Virus record (IMG/VR): IMGVR_UViG_3300021431_000084
From: a virus
Taxonomy: Duplodnaviria > Caudoviricetes
Reading direction: 5' to 3' (one strand)
Length of the DNA: 64,000 bases
Within the stretch, counting starts at the first letter, position 1; each line of letters opens with the position of its first letter. The notes beneath the pieces were generated by a model. That model saw only the letters and a list, made by a program, of their open reading frames with translations, made no database searches and was not told the origin of the DNA. This document shows, one piece after another, positions 18,210 through 30,500 of the stretch. The translations under genes and the position numbers were made by a program.

Positions 18210-21200
18210 ATGCCAAAACAATTAAATGTTGATTTGCGTTTTAATGCTGATACAAGTCAAGCTAAAAAGCAAATTCAAGACTTGCAGACAAGTTTGTCAC
18301 AACTTGGTCAAAATGTTAATATTAGCAAATCGTTTGGTGGTATTAATTCTGAATTAACTAGTGCATTAAGTACGGTTAATACTTTAAAAACACAACTTGA
18401 TAGAGCTTTTAATACACAAACTGGTAAATTAGATTTAACTAAGTTTACTCAAGAGATGGAAAGAAGTGGAATGTCTCTTGAGAAATATCAGCAATCTTTG
18501 ATGAAACTTGGTCCAGAAGGTTCTAAAGCATTTGCTCAATTAGCCAATTCTATTGCATCTGCCGATATCCCATTAATGAGAACAAATAAACTTCTCAATG
18601 AAATGGGAACTGTATTAAAAAATACAATTAAATGGCAATTATCATCAAGTATGATTCATGGCTTTATGGGCGCTATTCAGCAAGCTTATGGATATGCACA
18701 AGATTTAAATGAATCATTAACAAATATACAAATTGTAACTAGTCAATCTTCTGATCAGATGGCAGCTTTTGCCGCACAAGCCAACCAGGCCGCTCGTGCA
18801 CTTAGTACAACTACTACTGCTTATACCGATGCTGCACTTATTTTCTATCAGCAAGGTTTGGACGACCAAGCGGTTAAAGAAAGAACTGATGCAACTATTA
18901 AAATGGCTCAAGTAACTGGTGATTCTGCTCAAGAAGTTTCATCTTACATGACTGCAATTTGGAACAACTTTGATGATGGTTCTGAATCACTTGAACATTA
19001 TGCTGATATTATTACTGCTCTTGGTGCTGCAACCGCTTCAAGTTCTGCAGAAATTTCACAAGGTCTTGAAAAGTTTGCTTCTATTGCTGATACTGTTGGT
19101 TTGTCTTATGAGTATGCTACAACCGCTTTAGCTACTGTAGTTGCACAAACTCGTCAATCTGCTGACGTAGTAGGTACTGCTTTTAAGACAATGTTTGCTC
19201 GTATCCAAGACTTGGAACTTGGTAAAACACTTGAAGATGGAGTTGATTTAGGTCAATATTCAAAGGCTCTTGCTAAGGTAGGAGTCGATGTTATGGATGC
19301 TAATGGTCAGCTTCGTGCTATGGACGATATTCTTGATGATATTGGACAGAGATGGAGTGAACTTGGTGAAGCAGAAAGAGTTGCATTGGCTCAGAATGTA
19401 GCTGGTCAGCGTCAGTATGCTCAATTTATGGCTATTTTTGAGAACTGGGATACATTCCAAGAGAATCTTTCTGTTGCTAATACTGCAAATGGTACATTAC
19501 AAGAACAAGCAGATATTTATGCAGAATCATGGGAAGCGTCTCAAAAAAGAGTAAAAGCAGCTATGGAAGGAATTTATCAATCTATTATTGATGATAAATT
19601 TTTTATAAAAGCAAATGACTTTTTAGCTGACAACTTAAATGGAGTAAATAATTTAATTAAGGCTCTTGGTGGTTTACCAGGAGTACTGAGTGCAATAGGT
19701 ACATTGTTAACTAGATATTTTAATATTCAAATTGCTAATAGTATGAGAGATATGGCTGCTTCTGTTATGATGTTTACTAAAGCAGGAAGAGAAAAAGTAC
19801 AAAGTCAACAAACTCAAGCAATTAATTTAGCTAGAAATCAATTTGAAGAAGGTTCGATTGAAGATCAATCTTATGGTGCAGAGTTAGAGGTCAGAAAACA
19901 ATATCTTGAAAATGCTGAAAAATTAAATGAATTAGAAAATGAAATTACATTAACCAATTTAAAACAAGTAGAAATTTTACGTCAAAAAGTTATAGCTTCT
20001 GCAGAATTACAAAAAGCTAAAGAACAGGAATTACAAGATGAATTAACTAGACAAAAAATAACAATTCAAAGTGTGCCTGGTATTGAAAAAGAACAAATAG
20101 AACATTTAAGTCGTTTGCGTATAGAATATCAAGATTGGGTAGATAGATTACATGCGACTATGGGAAAGGCTACTACCCAAGATTTAACCAAATTCCAAGA
20201 TATGGAAGCTGCTTTAAAAACTGGAGCTATTAGTTTAACAAAAATTGAACAAGAAGCATCTAGTTTAGGTGAAAAATTGAATTTGACTGGAGAAAAAGCA
20301 AGACAATTTACTGCAGCCTTGAATTCGGGAACAAAGGCAGAATTTATAAAAAATATAGATTTGGCATTAAGCAAAATTAATGTTGAATTGCAATCTGGAG
20401 AAGAAGTTTTACAACAATATAGATCTGCATTAATTGAAGCATTTGATGCTGGTGGAGTTGAGGATGCTAGTAAAAAAGCTACTCAAATGACAAACAATTT
20501 AAGAAATGGTGTAATGGACATTCAAACTGTTTCAAAACAAACTACCGACACAATGGGTCAATTAAATACAGCTGTTCGTATTACTTCTGAAGGTATCAAA
20601 CAAGCTCGTGGTAATACTTTGGATTGGGCCTCTACTATTGTTATGTTAAGTAATGGTTTAATGCAATTTTCCATGATTTTAAATAACATAAAAGGAATCA
20701 TAAGTACCATAAAAGATGAAAATATGGATGTGGGTGATAAGGCTTTATCCATTTTAACCTCTTTGGGTATGACTATTATGATGGTAGTACGTGGATATCA
20801 ATCTTTATCTGCCGCATTAGCAGCTTCAACACTTGGGTTACAAGTAAAAACCGCAGTTCAATTAGAAGAATTAGGTTTGACTAAAGCCGAAGCAAAAGAA
20901 TATGCAAAATTAATAGTTTTAGAAGGATTATTAAATGCTGAAAGAAAAGATGGAATAACGACTGCCCAATTTAATACTTTAGCATTAAAAGTATTAGGAA
21001 AAGAAGCAAAAGGATTAACAGATGATGAAATAAGATTGGCACTTTCGGAAAAATTAGCAGGTGAAGAAGGAGAAAAAGCTGGAATTAAGATGGCTGCCGG
21101 TTATGCTACAGCTTTAGCCCCATTATTAATTTTAGTTGCGGCAATAGCAGCACTTGTTGTATCTTATAAAATATTAGAAGAGGCTTATAATGCTGATGCA

Positions 21201-24200
21201 ATTGCCGCCGAAAAAGCAAAGAAAAATGCTCAAGAGTTATCAGAAGCTTATAAAAATGCGAGCCAATCTTATGAAGAATTAAAAAATACTATTTCTGATT
21301 ACCAATCTGCTCGTGATGGTCTTGATGAACTTACCAAAGGTACTCAAGAATTTAGAGATGCTTTAAAAGAAGCTAATGATTATGCTTCTCAACTTATAGA
21401 AACTGCTCATTTAACTTCAGATCAGTATAGTTGGGAAAATGGTTTGTTAACCATAGATGATGAAGTATTAGAACAAACACAACAAAGATATTTACAACAA
21501 ATGAATACTGCTCAAGGAGCAATGCTGATAGCACAAAATCAAGCTTCAATAGCATCTAATCAATCAATAAATACTTCTTTAGCACGACAAATAATTGATG
21601 AGCAATTACACGGTTATAATGATATCATAACTAATGCTCTTGGCCCACAAGCAGCCTCTTTTAGTGATGCAACTAATTGGGATGCTTACCCCCTTATAAC
21701 TGAATGGGGGGATGAAATTGTTGAGGGAATTGGAAACTTTTTCGGTGAAACTGCAGCTGATGTATTTGCATTTTTTGATAAAAATGAACTTGCTGATAGA
21801 GCTCGTGGTAGTGGTACTAGATTTGTTTATGGTGAACAACAAGAAGCTTTAGAAGAACTGGCTGAACAATATCAAGAAACTGGCCGTGCTGCATTATTGG
21901 AATCAGATTTATTTAATTCAGCAACAGAAGAAATGCAGACAAGCATTGAGCAGTATTGTGAATCTATGCAGCAAGCAACCGAAGCTACAAGATTACATAA
22001 TCAAGAAATTGCTCATAGTATTTTAAGTACAGAAGATTATACTGATGAAATTATCAATTTTGCAGCAGAAGATTATGATGAAGTTTATCAAGATATTTAT
22101 GATGAAGTAATTAGCAATTCACATAACTTCCAACAGTGGGATACTGAAGATGAAGAAGGTGCTGCAGAATTTTTTGCTAGATATGCAGAAGCAGCAGGAT
22201 TGGCTCCTGGTATTCAATTAGAAGGAATAGTTGGTGATGTTGATCATAGACAATATACTTATTACGATGAATCTGGAGAATTAGTAACTCGTAGTGAAGA
22301 ATATATAGCTTCAGTTATTGCTTCTGCAGAATCTATGGATTCACTTTCCGAGAGTGCGGAACAAGCCAGTCAATTTTTAAGCGGACTTTCTAATCAAGAT
22401 AATGCTGAATTCTATAATAATTTATTTGGAAATGTTAGAGATGGAGAGGTTCAATACGAAGAATTTTTAGGACAATATGTAGCTGCAAATAGGAATTCTC
22501 TTTCTGGAGAAGAAATATTGCAAAGTCTTGGATTAGATAGTGAGGAATTAATAAATGCTTATAACACTGCTGGAATAAATGTAAAAACTATTGATCCAAT
22601 TATTAGGCAACTTGAAGAAGCTTATGGAAATATACAGAATAATTTTACGCAATATTTAAATGAGCAATCAATTGAAACAAGTAAGTATTATCATGACAAC
22701 TCAAATCTTCAAGAATTGAATTTCTCTGATGCTCAAAATATATTAGATGTATATCAAGAAGCTGTAAATAACAATGCTGAAGATTTGTTTGAAAATATAA
22801 CTGACAATATGTCTTCAGACACTTTAAAACAGTTTGGAGATACATTGTCCGAAATTGATTGGGAATCAATTACCCCAAGACAGTTTATTCAAGATTTAAA
22901 AGCAAGTGGTTTCGAAATTGAAGGTTATGAAGAAGTTTTAGTTAGATTTTGTGATTCAATGAGAACTGTTACTGCAGATACATTAGCTGCTACTGCAGAA
23001 TTCTATAATGGATTGCAAAAAATTGCTGACGGTCTTTCTGATCAAAGCGATGAAATTTCTGCTGAAGATTTTGCTAGTCTTCCTGAAGATATGCGACAAT
23101 TCTTTGCATTAACAATTGATGGAACATATAAACTTCTTAAATCTGCAAGAGATTTTCAGGACTATGTAGAACAATCAAGAATAGCAGAAGCAATAGATAA
23201 TAGAAACGCTTTGTACAGTCAATATGATGAAGCAAGACGCGGAATGAGTGATACCGATGTAGGTAAAATGCAAGAATCAGGCTATGCGCGAGGTGCTGCT
23301 TCAGATGAATACGCTCAATATCTTGCAGCTGATATGGCTATTGCTTTACATTATGATGATTTAAGTGAATTACAACAAGCTTATGCTGAAGGTACAGTTG
23401 AAACTGTTGAAGCTTTTAATACTGCTGCATATCAAATTGACCAAGCACAAGATACTGCAATGCTTGATCAAGAAGCATGGCAGAACTACTCTGATTATAT
23501 TAGAGAGGCCGGAAGTGCTCTTGAAGGCTTTAATGATGAAATGGATGATTTTGAAGCCGATATAGTCGCTAAGAGTATTATGAAGATGAATCAAGGAGTT
23601 GAAACACTTAGTTCCAACTTCGAGGAATGGAGAGATATACTTGAAAATAGTACAGAAGCAAGTGCTGAATATGCAGATGCTTTAATTGGCACTCGTAAAG
23701 CAATTGCTATGTTGCTTGATATTAGCGAAGATTATGTCAGTAGCGATTTTGTTACTAAACATCTTGATTTAATTGCTCAAGCCGCTGAAGGTGATACAGA
23801 AGCAATTGATGAATTAAGAGTAGAACTTTCACAAAATGTTAATTCTATGTTGGCTTCTGCTGTTTCAAGCACGGAAAAAGATGCTCAAAAAATTGAAGGT
23901 TGGTTAAATGATTTAACTGCTCAAGCACTTGCTTTTGATGATTTAGAGGTTGGCGCTTCACTTTATCTCAATGGTAAAGATGGTTTTGTTGAAGCATTAA
24001 ATGAAATGATTGCTGCCACTGGTATGACAGTAGATCAGGTAAATGCTCTTTGTGATTCAATGGGATTTGAAGCCAATTTTGCTTCTGAAAGTCAAGAAAT
24101 TAAAACTCAAATTCCAGTTTATAGAATACATCATGAAGTTCAAGATGAAGGCGGTAAGCCTTTAGGAGAAGGTCAACCAGTACCACATAATTGGTCTGAA

Positions 24201-27200
24201 ATTACTTGGACTGAACAATTACCTGATGAAGAAGCATCAACTTATGCACCTGCTTTCGCAATGACAACAGATGGTACTACACCTAAGATTAATAGTGTTA
24301 CTAAAAAACCAAGTGGTTCTGCTAATAATTTATCCTCTTCTAACAGAGGTGGAGGTAAATCTAGTGGTGGAGGAGGCGGAGGTAAGTCCGGCTCTACAAA
24401 GAAGCCAAAAGATCCAACAGGTGAGATTGAGCGTTATCACGTAATCAACAATCAAATTGAAGATAACGAAAAGGCTCTTACAAGACTTTCTAAGGCAAAA
24501 GATAGAGCCTACGGTAAAGCAAGACTCAATGCTATGGATGCTGAAATCGCTAAGCAACGCGAATCAGTTGAATTAGCAGAAAGAAAACTCCAAGAAGTAG
24601 AAGAATATCTTAAACTTGATAGTGGAGCAATAGCGGCCTTCGGTGCAGAGTTCGACGCGAACGGAACCATAGTTAATTATGACCAGCTCATGCAGGAACA
24701 GATTGACAAGTACAATGCCGCAGTTGAAGCTTACAATAATAGTTCAATGGACGAGAATGCTGATGCTATATTCCAGCAAGCCGAAGATGATTACAATGCT
24801 TTCACTGAAGCACTTAAGCAATATGAAGAAACTCAAGACTTGTGGTATGAGCAGGCTCAAGCCGTAGCTGATGCCAAGGCAGAGGTATTACAACTCGAAC
24901 TTGAAAAGACTAATTATAAAGTTGAAATTGGAATTGAATGGGAAGAAGAAGATATTGCAAGATTAGACTTTATGCTCAAGAGAATTGAGGATGATGCTCA
25001 TAAAGCAGCTGAAGCAATTGGACTTCTTGGTGAGAGAACTGTTGACGCTATGGACAAATACAATGTTTATCAGCAAGGTTTTGCTGACACTTTGAGAAAT
25101 CTTGGTGTTGGTAATGCCGAAGATGTAATCGCAAGAGCGTCTGCTGGCGAAGACTTGTATGGCATGATTGGTAATATAGTTGATCCTAATGAGATGGCTC
25201 AAGCCGTTGATCAGATGGATGATTACATTTCCAACATGATGAGTTCTCTTGAGGACGCACAAGAAAGTGTTGACCAAGCATTTGAAAAGGTTAAAGATTT
25301 GTTTAATGAAAATGTTAAGCAAATGGATACTTACATTGAGAAGATTGAGTTCTGTCAGAAGATTACCAAGTCTTATATGAATATCGTAGATATTTTAGGT
25401 AAGAAATCACTTGGCATTACCAATGAAATGTTAAGAACTTTCAATGCTGAATCTGTAACACAGGCGATTAATAATGAGGCTGCGGCCAAGGCGAAGATGG
25501 ACTCGATTCAGGCTCAGTTGATGGAATCTCAGGCACGACTCGCGCAAGCCTCTGGCGAACTTGAGCAAAAGTATTGGAACGAAATCATTGAGGAACAAGA
25601 AAAAGAACTCATTTCCGCAACAGAGAACTTCCATCAGGCTTGGGAAGACGCTTTACAAGCTAATCTTGAAGCCTTTGAGAATAACATCGAGTTAGTTATA
25701 GAGGACTTCTCTAATGCTGTTGGTGACCTCAACGCAATGAAGGCCGAATGGGATCTCCAGAAGAGTCTTACAGACATGTGGGAGCCAGAGTATGAGAGAT
25801 GGCATCAGTTGTCAGATTTAATCAACGACATTAATAAGTCTGTTGATGAAAATGAGAACTTAAAATATAAACAAGACTTGCTCGACCTTGAAACTGAAAT
25901 CGAACAGTTACAAGAAGAGGAAGCACAGCTTAGTGAATATGATTTGAATTATCTTAGACTTAGATATGAAGCAAAACTTGCTGAAATCGCACTTGAAGAA
26001 GCACAAAATGCTAAATCTCAGGTTAAAATGTCAAGAGATAATGAAGGTAATTATAGCTATGTTTATACTGCTGATGAGGATGCAGTAAACAATGCAGCTG
26101 ATGATTATAGAAATAAAATCTACGAGATGGAAAAAGCAAATGAAGAGTATATTGACACCCTTCAGGAACAGCTTTTGGATATGCATGATAAAATGCTTGA
26201 GGATATCAAGGAGGCTGGTGACCTTTATGGCATTGGTACTGAAGCTTACTTCGAAGCGGTTGATAGAATTGAGCAAACTTATCTTGGACAGTCTCAGTTT
26301 ATTCAAGCACAGATGCAAAATGTATTTGATAATAACCAAAGACTTCGTGATGAAGACATTATTCAGTATGTTGCTTACACAGGTGATATTGCCGCACAAA
26401 ATGTTGATTTACAGTTGAGTTTTGCAGATACATATATGGGTATTCAAACACAAAGTGATGATTTAAATACTTATTTTAACGATACTTGGATACCTGCTCT
26501 TGAAACAACTTTTGATAATGCAAGAGAAGTAACTGACCATTATGTAGAGACAAATGAAGCTGCTATGGAAACTGCTGGAACTACAATGGATGAGTTCTCA
26601 GCACGTGCAACCCAAGACATGGCAATGGCTACTGCACAGACAGAAGAGTTGGCTAGACAGACAAAGAACTATGGTGATACTGCTGTTAGAGCATTTGCAC
26701 AGGCCGCACAAGCTTGGCAGACAGGACCTGGTTCAATGCTTAATGCAATTGAATCTCAGGCTACTGCGATTGCGAACTTGGCACAACAGTACACAAGTTT
26801 AAAATCTCAATTAGATGCGGCTACTGCTTCTGCTATCGCACTTGCACATGCTATGAATCAGCCAGTAAGTAGTTCTCCAAGCTCCGTTGGTGGAGCTGCC
26901 GCAGGTGGTGGTTCTGGAGGTCCCGGAGGAAATAATCCTTCTTCTAACCCTAATGGTGGATTGGGCACTAAAGACACTTTAACAAATAACACTGTAAAAG
27001 ACACTTTAACAAATAACACTGTAAAAGACACTATGACAAAAGATACTTATGGTAAAGGTGCTTTAGTACAAGCTGGTAAATCTGCCACTTCTTCAAATTT
27101 TGGTAATGGTAATCTTCTTAAAAAAATATTACAGTTTGCGTCAGGTGGTTATACTGGTGAGTGGAATGATGAACCACGTTGGGCATTGCTCGACCAAAAA

Positions 27201-27467
27201 GAACTTGTACTTAATACGAAAGATACTATGAATATTTTGAGCGCAGTAGATGTTGTAAGACAATTGGCTAACTCAATAGATCTCAACACCATGTCCGCAA
27301 ACATTGCCGGAGCATCTATTAAGTCTGCTTCTGGTACACCTGGAACAATTGAACAAAGAGTTGAAATCACTGCAAGTTTTCCTAATGCAACTGATAGAAA
27401 TGAAATTGAACAAGCGTTCCAAAACCTTGTGAACCATGCTTCACAATATGCTAATCGTAAAGATTAA
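18210..27467 (+). CDS. tail tape measure protein (~3085 aa)
   Basis: TP901-like core (GTAFKTMFARI, AGQRQ), hydrophobic segments, long coiled coils, C-terminal FASGGYTG...ELVLN. Confidence 0.92.
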   Translation: MPKQLNVDLRFNADTSQAKKQIQDLQTSLSQLGQNVNISKSFGGINSELTSALSTVNTLKTQLDRAFNTQTGKLDLTKFTQEMERSGMSLEKYQQSLMKLGPEGSKAFAQLANSIASADIPLMRTNKLLNEMGTVLKNTIKWQLSSSMIHGFMGAIQQAYGYAQDLNESLTNIQIVTSQSSDQMAAFAAQANQAARALSTTTTAYTDAALIFYQQGLDDQAVKERTDATIKMAQVTGDSAQEVSSYMTAIWNNFDDGSESLEHYADIITALGAATASSSAEISQGLEKFASIADTVGLSYEYATTALATVVAQTRQSADVVGTAFKTMFARIQDLELGKTLEDGVDLGQYSKALAKVGVDVMDANGQLRAMDDILDDIGQRWSELGEAERVALAQNVAGQRQYAQFMAIFENWDTFQENLSVANTANGTLQEQADIYAESWEASQKRVKAAMEGIYQSIIDDKFFIKANDFLADNLNGVNNLIKALGGLPGVLSAIGTLLTRYFNIQIANSMRDMAASVMMFTKAGREKVQSQQTQAINLARNQFEEGSIEDQSYGAELEVRKQYLENAEKLNELENEITLTNLKQVEILRQKVIASAELQKAKEQELQDELTRQKITIQSVPGIEKEQIEHLSRLRIEYQDWVDRLHATMGKATTQDLTKFQDMEAALKTGAISLTKIEQEASSLGEKLNLTGEKARQFTAALNSGTKAEFIKNIDLALSKINVELQSGEEVLQQYRSALIEAFDAGGVEDASKKATQMTNNLRNGVMDIQTVSKQTTDTMGQLNTAVRITSEGIKQARGNTLDWASTIVMLSNGLMQFSMILNNIKGIISTIKDENMDVGDKALSILTSLGMTIMMVVRGYQSLSAALAASTLGLQVKTAVQLEELGLTKAEAKEYAKLIVLEGLLNAERKDGITTAQFNTLALKVLGKEAKGLTDDEIRLALSEKLAGEEGEKAGIKMAAGYATALAPLLILVAAIAALVVSYKILEEAYNADAIAAEKAKKNAQELSEAYKNASQSYEELKNTISDYQSARDGLDELTKGTQEFRDALKEANDYASQLIETAHLTSDQYSWENGLLTIDDEVLEQTQQRYLQQMNTAQGAMLIAQNQASIASNQSINTSLARQIIDEQLHGYNDIITNALGPQAASFSDATNWDAYPLITEWGDEIVEGIGNFFGETAADVFAFFDKNELADRARGSGTRFVYGEQQEALEELAEQYQETGRAALLESDLFNSATEEMQTSIEQYCESMQQATEATRLHNQEIAHSILSTEDYTDEIINFAAEDYDEVYQDIYDEVISNSHNFQQWDTEDEEGAAEFFARYAEAAGLAPGIQLEGIVGDVDHRQYTYYDESGELVTRSEEYIASVIASAESMDSLSESAEQASQFLSGLSNQDNAEFYNNLFGNVRDGEVQYEEFLGQYVAANRNSLSGEEILQSLGLDSEELINAYNTAGINVKTIDPIIRQLEEAYGNIQNNFTQYLNEQSIETSKYYHDNSNLQELNFSDAQNILDVYQEAVNNNAEDLFENITDNMSSDTLKQFGDTLSEIDWESITPRQFIQDLKASGFEIEGYEEVLVRFCDSMRTVTADTLAATAEFYNGLQKIADGLSDQSDEISAEDFASLPEDMRQFFALTIDGTYKLLKSARDFQDYVEQSRIAEAIDNRNALYSQYDEARRGMSDTDVGKMQESGYARGAASDEYAQYLAADMAIALHYDDLSELQQAYAEGTVETVEAFNTAAYQIDQAQDTAMLDQEAWQNYSDYIREAGSALEGFNDEMDDFEADIVAKSIMKMNQGVETLSSNFEEWRDILENSTEASAEYADALIGTRKAIAMLLDISEDYVSSDFVTKHLDLIAQAAEGDTEAIDELRVELSQNVNSMLASAVSSTEKDAQKIEGWLNDLTAQALAFDDLEVGASLYLNGKDGFVEALNEMIAATGMTVDQVNALCDSMGFEANFASESQEIKTQIPVYRIHHEVQDEGGKPLGEGQPVPHNWSEITWTEQLPDEEASTYAPAFAMTTDGTTPKINSVTKKPSGSANNLSSSNRGGGKSSGGGGGGKSGSTKKPKDPTGEIERYHVINNQIEDNEKALTRLSKAKDRAYGKARLNAMDAEIAKQRESVELAERKLQEVEEYLKLDSGAIAAFGAEFDANGTIVNYDQLMQEQIDKYNAAVEAYNNSSMDENADAIFQQAEDDYNAFTEALKQYEETQDLWYEQAQAVADAKAEVLQLELEKTNYKVEIGIEWEEEDIARLDFMLKRIEDDAHKAAEAIGLLGERTVDAMDKYNVYQQGFADTLRNLGVGNAEDVIARASAGEDLYGMIGNIVDPNEMAQAVDQMDDYISNMMSSLEDAQESVDQAFEKVKDLFNENVKQMDTYIEKIEFCQKITKSYMNIVDILGKKSLGITNEMLRTFNAESVTQAINNEAAAKAKMDSIQAQLMESQARLAQASGELEQKYWNEIIEEQEKELISATENFHQAWEDALQANLEAFENNIELVIEDFSNAVGDLNAMKAEWDLQKSLTDMWEPEYERWHQLSDLINDINKSVDENENLKYKQDLLDLETEIEQLQEEEAQLSEYDLNYLRLRYEAKLAEIALEEAQNAKSQVKMSRDNEGNYSYVYTADEDAVNNAADDYRNKIYEMEKANEEYIDTLQEQLLDMHDKMLEDIKEAGDLYGIGTEAYFEAVDRIEQTYLGQSQFIQAQMQNVFDNNQRLRDEDIIQYVAYTGDIAAQNVDLQLSFADTYMGIQTQSDDLNTYFNDTWIPALETTFDNAREVTDHYVETNEAAMETAGTTMDEFSARATQDMAMATAQTEELARQTKNYGDTAVRAFAQAAQAWQTGPGSMLNAIESQATAIANLAQQYTSLKSQLDAATASAIALAHAMNQPVSSSPSSVGGAAAGGGSGGPGGNNPSSNPNGGLGTKDTLTNNTVKDTLTNNTVKDTMTKDTYGKGALVQAGKSATSSNFGNGNLLKKILQFASGGYTGEWNDEPRWALLDQKELVLNTKDTMNILSAVDVVRQLANSIDLNTMSANIAGASIKSASGTPGTIEQRVEITASFPNATDRNEIEQAFQNLVNHASQYANRKD
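26970..27047 (+). repeat. in-frame 27-bp tandem repeat (KDTLTNNTV) in the tape measure gene
   Basis: two exact copies of aaagacactttaacaaataacactgta plus degenerate partial copies. Confidence 0.9.
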
Positions 27468-27473
27468 ATCCTT

Positions 27474-27508
27474 ATGGGGATAGGTTAATAGCCTATCCCC
27501 ATTTTTTA
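27474..27508 (+). terminator. intrinsic terminator
   Basis: ATGGGGATAGG...CCTATCCCCAT followed by T tract. Confidence 0.85.
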
Positions 27509-27582
27509 TTTGGTCGATATTATGAAATATTCAGCATATTTTTTTGAAGTAATAATAGAATATGGAGAGAAAGGAGAAAGCT

Positions 27583-30500
27583 ATGCAGAAAAATTTACAA
27601 GAAGAATTGTTACAAGCAATGCGTATTGTAGCAAAAGCCGAAGTTGACAAAGTAAATTTTGATAAAACCATTATCTGTACTATTAAAGATAATTCTAATG
27701 CAGAAAATGGTGAATACTATGTAACTGATGGCTCTTCAAGTTTCTATGCCTATACTGAAGTAACTACTTATACTGTTGGTACTCAAGTATATGTTATGAT
27801 ACCAGAAGGAAACTATGATAACAGAAAGCTTATCATGGGTAAATATTTAAGTTCAGATGATGAACCATATAACTATGTTTCTCCTTCTTCTTTGTTTATT
27901 GAAAAAACAATAAACCTTATTACAGATGGAGAAGCGGAAAGAGCATTGTTGACTAACTATCAGGGCACTGAATTTCCACCCGTATCGCAGGAGGAAATCA
28001 ACGATGACCCAGCTTCAAGTTCTATTTCAATTAGTAACCAAACAATTGATGTGGGCTCTTTAAAAGGTTATGATTATGATTGTGCTTTACTTAGAGCAGA
28101 CTTCAAATCTTTAATTAGACTTAAGAATCCCGACATGCAACCTGGTTCTATTACTGGTAGATACGGTTTGAGACTACATATTGATTTATTAGATAATGAT
28201 GGTAATTTGGGTACAATAGTCGCTTATTTGGATACAGAACATAATATGAATGGTAATCCATATGACTTTGAAACTTTTTATACTCAAGAAATGTTGGTTC
28301 CAATTGAAGAAAAATATTTCTCTAATGGTGGCTTAGATATTCAAGCAATGTCAGTTGAATTCTTCCAAGCGGGAGCAGATTCAACTTTTACTTATCAAAC
28401 TTTAGAAGGTAGTAAATTAGTACCTTGGTATTTGCAAATAAATCCAAATGAAGATAGAGAATTATTACCTCCAAATCTTTTTGTTAAAAACATTGTTCTC
28501 AAACTTGGTTATCAACAAGAGAAAGAAAATAAAGACAAAGTAACTATTAGACCACAACCTGTTAATGGTGGTTATGGTACTGAAGGTCAAAACCCAAAAG
28601 CTTTGAATTATTATTCATATTTAACTGATGCTGAAATTCAAAGATTAAAAAATAAAGGAGTTATTGATAGTTTTATTGAACTCTATCAAAACAAATTTAT
28701 TAAAGAATATAATGAAAAGATTATTGAAATTGATAACAGTAGAACTTATATAGATTTAGTTGTAAGGGGTATAATATCAAAAAATGATGTAACTTATAAG
28801 TTATATCAATATGTTGACCCAAATACAGTTGAATATCCTGTCTCAGATGAATACGCAGGAGACAATTGGAAAGAAGTTGACTGGAACAATGATGGTACTT
28901 ATAGATTTGATCCAGATATCGGAGCAAAAGAGCAAAAGTTTAAAACTATTGCTTTTTATGATGATCCGCTTGGAACAGAAGAAGTATTAGGACCAAATGG
29001 CGAAATTATAACTCCAAATACTAAACATATGAGAGTATCAAGTGCAGAATTGGTATTTACCCTTATAGGCGTGCCGCAAACACCTGATACAGAATATTTA
29101 ACCATTGATTGTTCTAATAATGGTATATTTAAGATTTACAATTTAAAGGGACACTTGATTAACAGTTTTAGTCAAAACGTTAAAAGATTCCTTTATGCAC
29201 ATAAAGAAAATTCTGATGCTACTTTAACCTCTATTACTTGGAGAATTCCTTATGTTGACACTATGATAGATCCTATTAGTAGTGATGAATTCCTTGGTAC
29301 AAATGGAGAAGATGGTACTAAACACTTTGAAAGAAAATCCGATGAAGGAGTTTATGAATATACTATCTTTAATCCTAAAAGCACAGAATTTTATTTTAGA
29401 ATAAAAGATTATTTAAATCCAAAAGCAGTCAATAATACTATTGTCTGTTGGGCTAAGTTCAATAATTCTTCTCAGATAGAAGTTGCAGAAAAAACTATTG
29501 AATTCTGTACTATCGAACAACATGGTACAGAATATAAGATAGCTGCAAACTTTTTTGATGGACTTAATGCACTCACATTTGGTCGAGAGCAAAGAGTTAG
29601 AGTTAGAGTATTAAATGCTGATAATATTGATATTACACCTAATTTAATTGAACAAGGTTTTAAATTTAATCTTGAATGGTATAGTAAACCTCCACAGAGT
29701 GCTATTGAATATAGTGATCTTAATTATGGTAATGGAACTGAATACCAAGGTATTTATAGTTTCTTACTTGGTGCTGCTGAGGACGTACCAGGAGGTAGAA
29801 TTACTGAAGATGGTCAAGCTTATCGTATAATTGAACACGATCAAATGATTCGTATTATTGAGAATTTGAACTCTTCAACCAGTGAATCAAGTAATGTGAG
29901 AGGAATTCGATCTGCTCCAGTTTTACGTGCGGGCAGTGGTAGTGGTCCTGCCATGGACTATGTATCATACCGTATCACAAACGATGGTAATATGCGTGCA
30001 ACCGATGAGGGAGACATACGTGTAACTAACACATCTATTGCGGATGTTCCAGATCTTGATCAGTATTACGGCTCACATATTATTAAGATTTCTATTTTCA
30101 ACTATAATGGTCAGACAATAACTGGTTTGTTTGCTGTACCTTTTGCTATTTCAGATGTTTATAGCACATATGTTGGACCAACTGAGATTTTGTACGACTC
30201 TGCAGGTGCTAATCCTGCCTACTATAAATCTCACCCACAGTTATATTACATAGACCAAACAACAGGAGAAGAAAAAGAGAATACAGGAATTCGTTGGCGT
30301 TTGTATTCAATGAGCAACAATATTAATTCTCAATTCCCAGAATATGAATTAACTTCACCTGACTATTTATTACAAGTTCCACCAATGTTTGTGAGTGGTA
30401 GAAAATGTATAAATATGGTTGCTGAGGCTCCAGATGGAACTCAGTTGTGGGTACAACCAATTCCTATTTCAAGAGATGATTGGGATAACCCCGTTCTGAA

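Noticed and set aside
17568-18210. Programmed -1 frameshift of a tail chaperone pair
   Set aside because: No second ORF or convincing slippery site; a terminator follows the gene
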